Positions 58,964 through 60,580 of a stretch of DNA of 60,580 nucleotides are shown here, one piece after another. This stretch comes from an uncultured Lachnospiraceae bacterium (GTDB lineage: Bacteria > Bacillota > Clostridia > Lachnospirales > Lachnospiraceae). Positions within the stretch are counted from its first letter, which is position 1. Every line of letters starts with the position of its first letter. Below the pieces are notes generated by a model that was given only the letters and a program-made list of their open reading frames with translations, was not told the DNA's origin and did not search any database. The translations under genes and the position numbers were made by a program. The stretch covers positions 1 through 60,580 of the forward strand of contig CALWAW010000004.1 of NCBI GenBank assembly GCA_944375845.1, given 5' to 3'.

Positions 58964-59029
58964 GTGAAAAAGGCGGGAATACCGAAAAAAGTGCTTGCAT
59001 TTCTGAATAAAATGAGGTATCTTATATGA

Positions 59030-59080
59030 CATAGACTTGATAATCGAACGAAGGCGTTCCAAAGCGGGCGCCTTTTCTTT
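59030..59080 (+). promoter_or_regulatory. Putative ANTAR-type antiterminator leader of GS-III
   Basis: AAC-GAAGGC-GTT hexaloop hairpin overlapping the 5' arm of terminator AAGGCG...CGCCTTTTCTT; promoter TTGCAT-17-TATCTT upstream. Confidence 0.5.
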
Positions 59081-59148
59081 ATGAGAACGCCTGCCGGGGC
59101 GCCGGAAGCGGTTACGGTCCGGGGAGAAAAAATTATGGAGGAAGAGCT

Positions 59149-60580
59149 ATGAGCGAAAAGGTAATGAACATCGAGGAAATCTTCAACGAGAACGTATTTA
59201 CCATGGGCAAGATGGAAGAGCGCCTGCCCAAGAAGGTGTTCGCCGAGGTGAAGAACGTCATTGAGCACGGCGGCGAGCTTTCCATGGCGACGGCGGATGT
59301 GGTGGCCAAGGCCATGAAGGACTGGGCGGTGGAGCACGGCGCGACCCATTACACCCACTGGTTCCAGCCTCTTACCGGCATCACGGCGGAAAAGCACGAT
59401 TCCTTTGTGACCAACCCCGACGCCAAGGGACGGATGCTGATGGAATTTTCCGGCAAGGAGTTAATCAAGGGCGAGCCCGACGCCTCCTCCTTCCCCTCCG
59501 GCGGCCTGCGGGCAACCTTCGAAGCCAGGGGCTACACCGCCTGGGACTGCACCTCGCCGGCATTTATCAAGGAGGACGCCGTGGGCGCGATCCTCTGCAT
59601 CCCCACGGCCTTCTGCTCTTATAAGGGCGAGGCGCTGGACAAAAAAACCCCGCTGCTGCGCTCCCTGGAGGCCATCAATGAGCAGGCCCTGCGCATTGTG
59701 CGGCTCTTCGGGAACACCACGGCCACGAAGGTCACGGTTTCCGTGGGCCCTGAGCAGGAATATTTCCTGGTTGACCGGGACCTGTACTTACAGAGAAAGG
59801 ATTTGATCTACACCGGACGCACCCTGTTCGGCGCTCCCGCCCCCAAGGGCCAGGAGATGGACGATCATTACTTTGGCGTGATCCAGGAGCGGGTGGGCTC
59901 CTTTATGAAGGATCTGAACATCGAGCTCTGGAAGCTGGGCATCTCCGCAAAGACCCAGCACAACGAGGTGGCCCCCGCCCAGCACGAGCTGGCGCCCATC
60001 TATAATAATGTAAACATCGCGGTGGATCACAACCAGCTTGTGATGGAGACCATGAAGAAGGTGGCCCAGCGCCACGGCCTGGCCTGCCTGCTTCACGAGA
60101 AGCCCTTCGCCGGCGTCAACGGCTCCGGAAAGCACGACAACTGGTCCCTGTGTACCGACGACGGCATGAACCTTCTGGATCCCGGCGAGACGCCCAACCA
60201 GAACATCCAGTTCCTTCTGGTGCTGGCCTGCATCATCAAGGCGGTGGATATCCACGCCGACCTGCTGCGCCAGTCGGCCTCCAACGTGGGCAACGACCAC
60301 AGGCTGGGCGCCAATGAGGCGCCGCCGGCGATCATCTCCATTTTCCTGGGCGAGCAGCTGGAGGACGTGGTAAAACAGTTAATCGAGACCGGCGAGGCCA
60401 CTTCTTATAAGAAGGGAGAACGGCTCTATACCGGTGTCAGCACCCTGCCCGACCTGCAGAAGGACGCGACGGACCGCAACAGGACCTCACCCTTTGCCTT
60501 CACGGGCAATAAATTCGAGTTCCGCATGGTGGGCTCCTCCGACTCCATCGCGAGCCCCAACACTACCCTGAACGCTATCG
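59149..60580 (+). CDS. Glutamine synthetase type III (3' end outside window)
   Basis: Translated by hand: [68 protein letters not shown]. Confidence 0.96.
   Translation, partial: MSEKVMNIEEIFNENVFTMGKMEERLPKKVFAEVKNVIEHGGELSMATADVVAKAMKDWAVEHGATHYTHWFQPLTGITAEKHDSFVTNPDAKGRMLMEFSGKELIKGEPDASSFPSGGLRATFEARGYTAWDCTSPAFIKEDAVGAILCIPTAFCSYKGEALDKKTPLLRSLEAINEQALRIVRLFGNTTATKVTVSVGPEQEYFLVDRDLYLQRKDLIYTGRTLFGAPAPKGQEMDDHYFGVIQERVGSFMKDLNIELWKLGISAKTQHNEVAPAQHELAPIYNNVNIAVDHNQLVMETMKKVAQRHGLACLLHEKPFAGVNGSGKHDNWSLCTDDGMNLLDPGETPNQNIQFLLVLACIIKAVDIHADLLRQSASNVGNDHRLGANEAPPAIISIFLGEQLEDVVKQLIETGEATSYKKGERLYTGVSTLPDLQKDATDRNRTSPFAFTGNKFEFRMVGSSDSIASPNTTLNAI

Overview
Chromosomal window from a GC-rich, spore-forming Clostridia-class firmicute (gene content resembles Lachnospiraceae/Oscillospiraceae; inferred). 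Most of it is housekeeping and sporulation genes: SCIFF radical-SAM maturase-tgt-yajC, a YtrA/ABC operon, T-box-valS-folC, spoIIAA-spoIIAB-sigF-spoVA, xylB, argH, yfhO/GT2, lysine riboswitch-dapA-dapB, purB-purA, fba, sfsA, pyk, sortase B and GS-III. The standout feature is a feoB gene split in two (5' half 53075-54064, 3' half 37708-38558, minus strand) by a 14,518-bp element. Recombination between its ends (shared core CACATG, dyad symmetry around a central CA) restores an in-frame 612-aa FeoB with the motif GKQALCMCMGLGCNAAG. The feoA-feoB operon has a sigma-K-like promoter, which suggests skin-like excision during sporulation. The element carries a serine recombinase with an A16 tract and no phage or conjugation genes. 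Its cargo is an operon encoding a C-A-T-C-A-T-R NRPS, a 7TM histidine kinase, a REC-HD-GYP phosphodiesterase, an acyl ligase, an ACP and a PPTase, i.e. a candidate acyl-peptide signal, sensor and cyclic-dinucleotide circuit. Also noted: a ZMP/ZTP riboswitch upstream of a DUF1576 membrane protein, an AT-rich BglII-like/MT-A70 R-M pair, and two small ORFs missing from the ORF track. All family assignments are by motif recognition; no searches were run.
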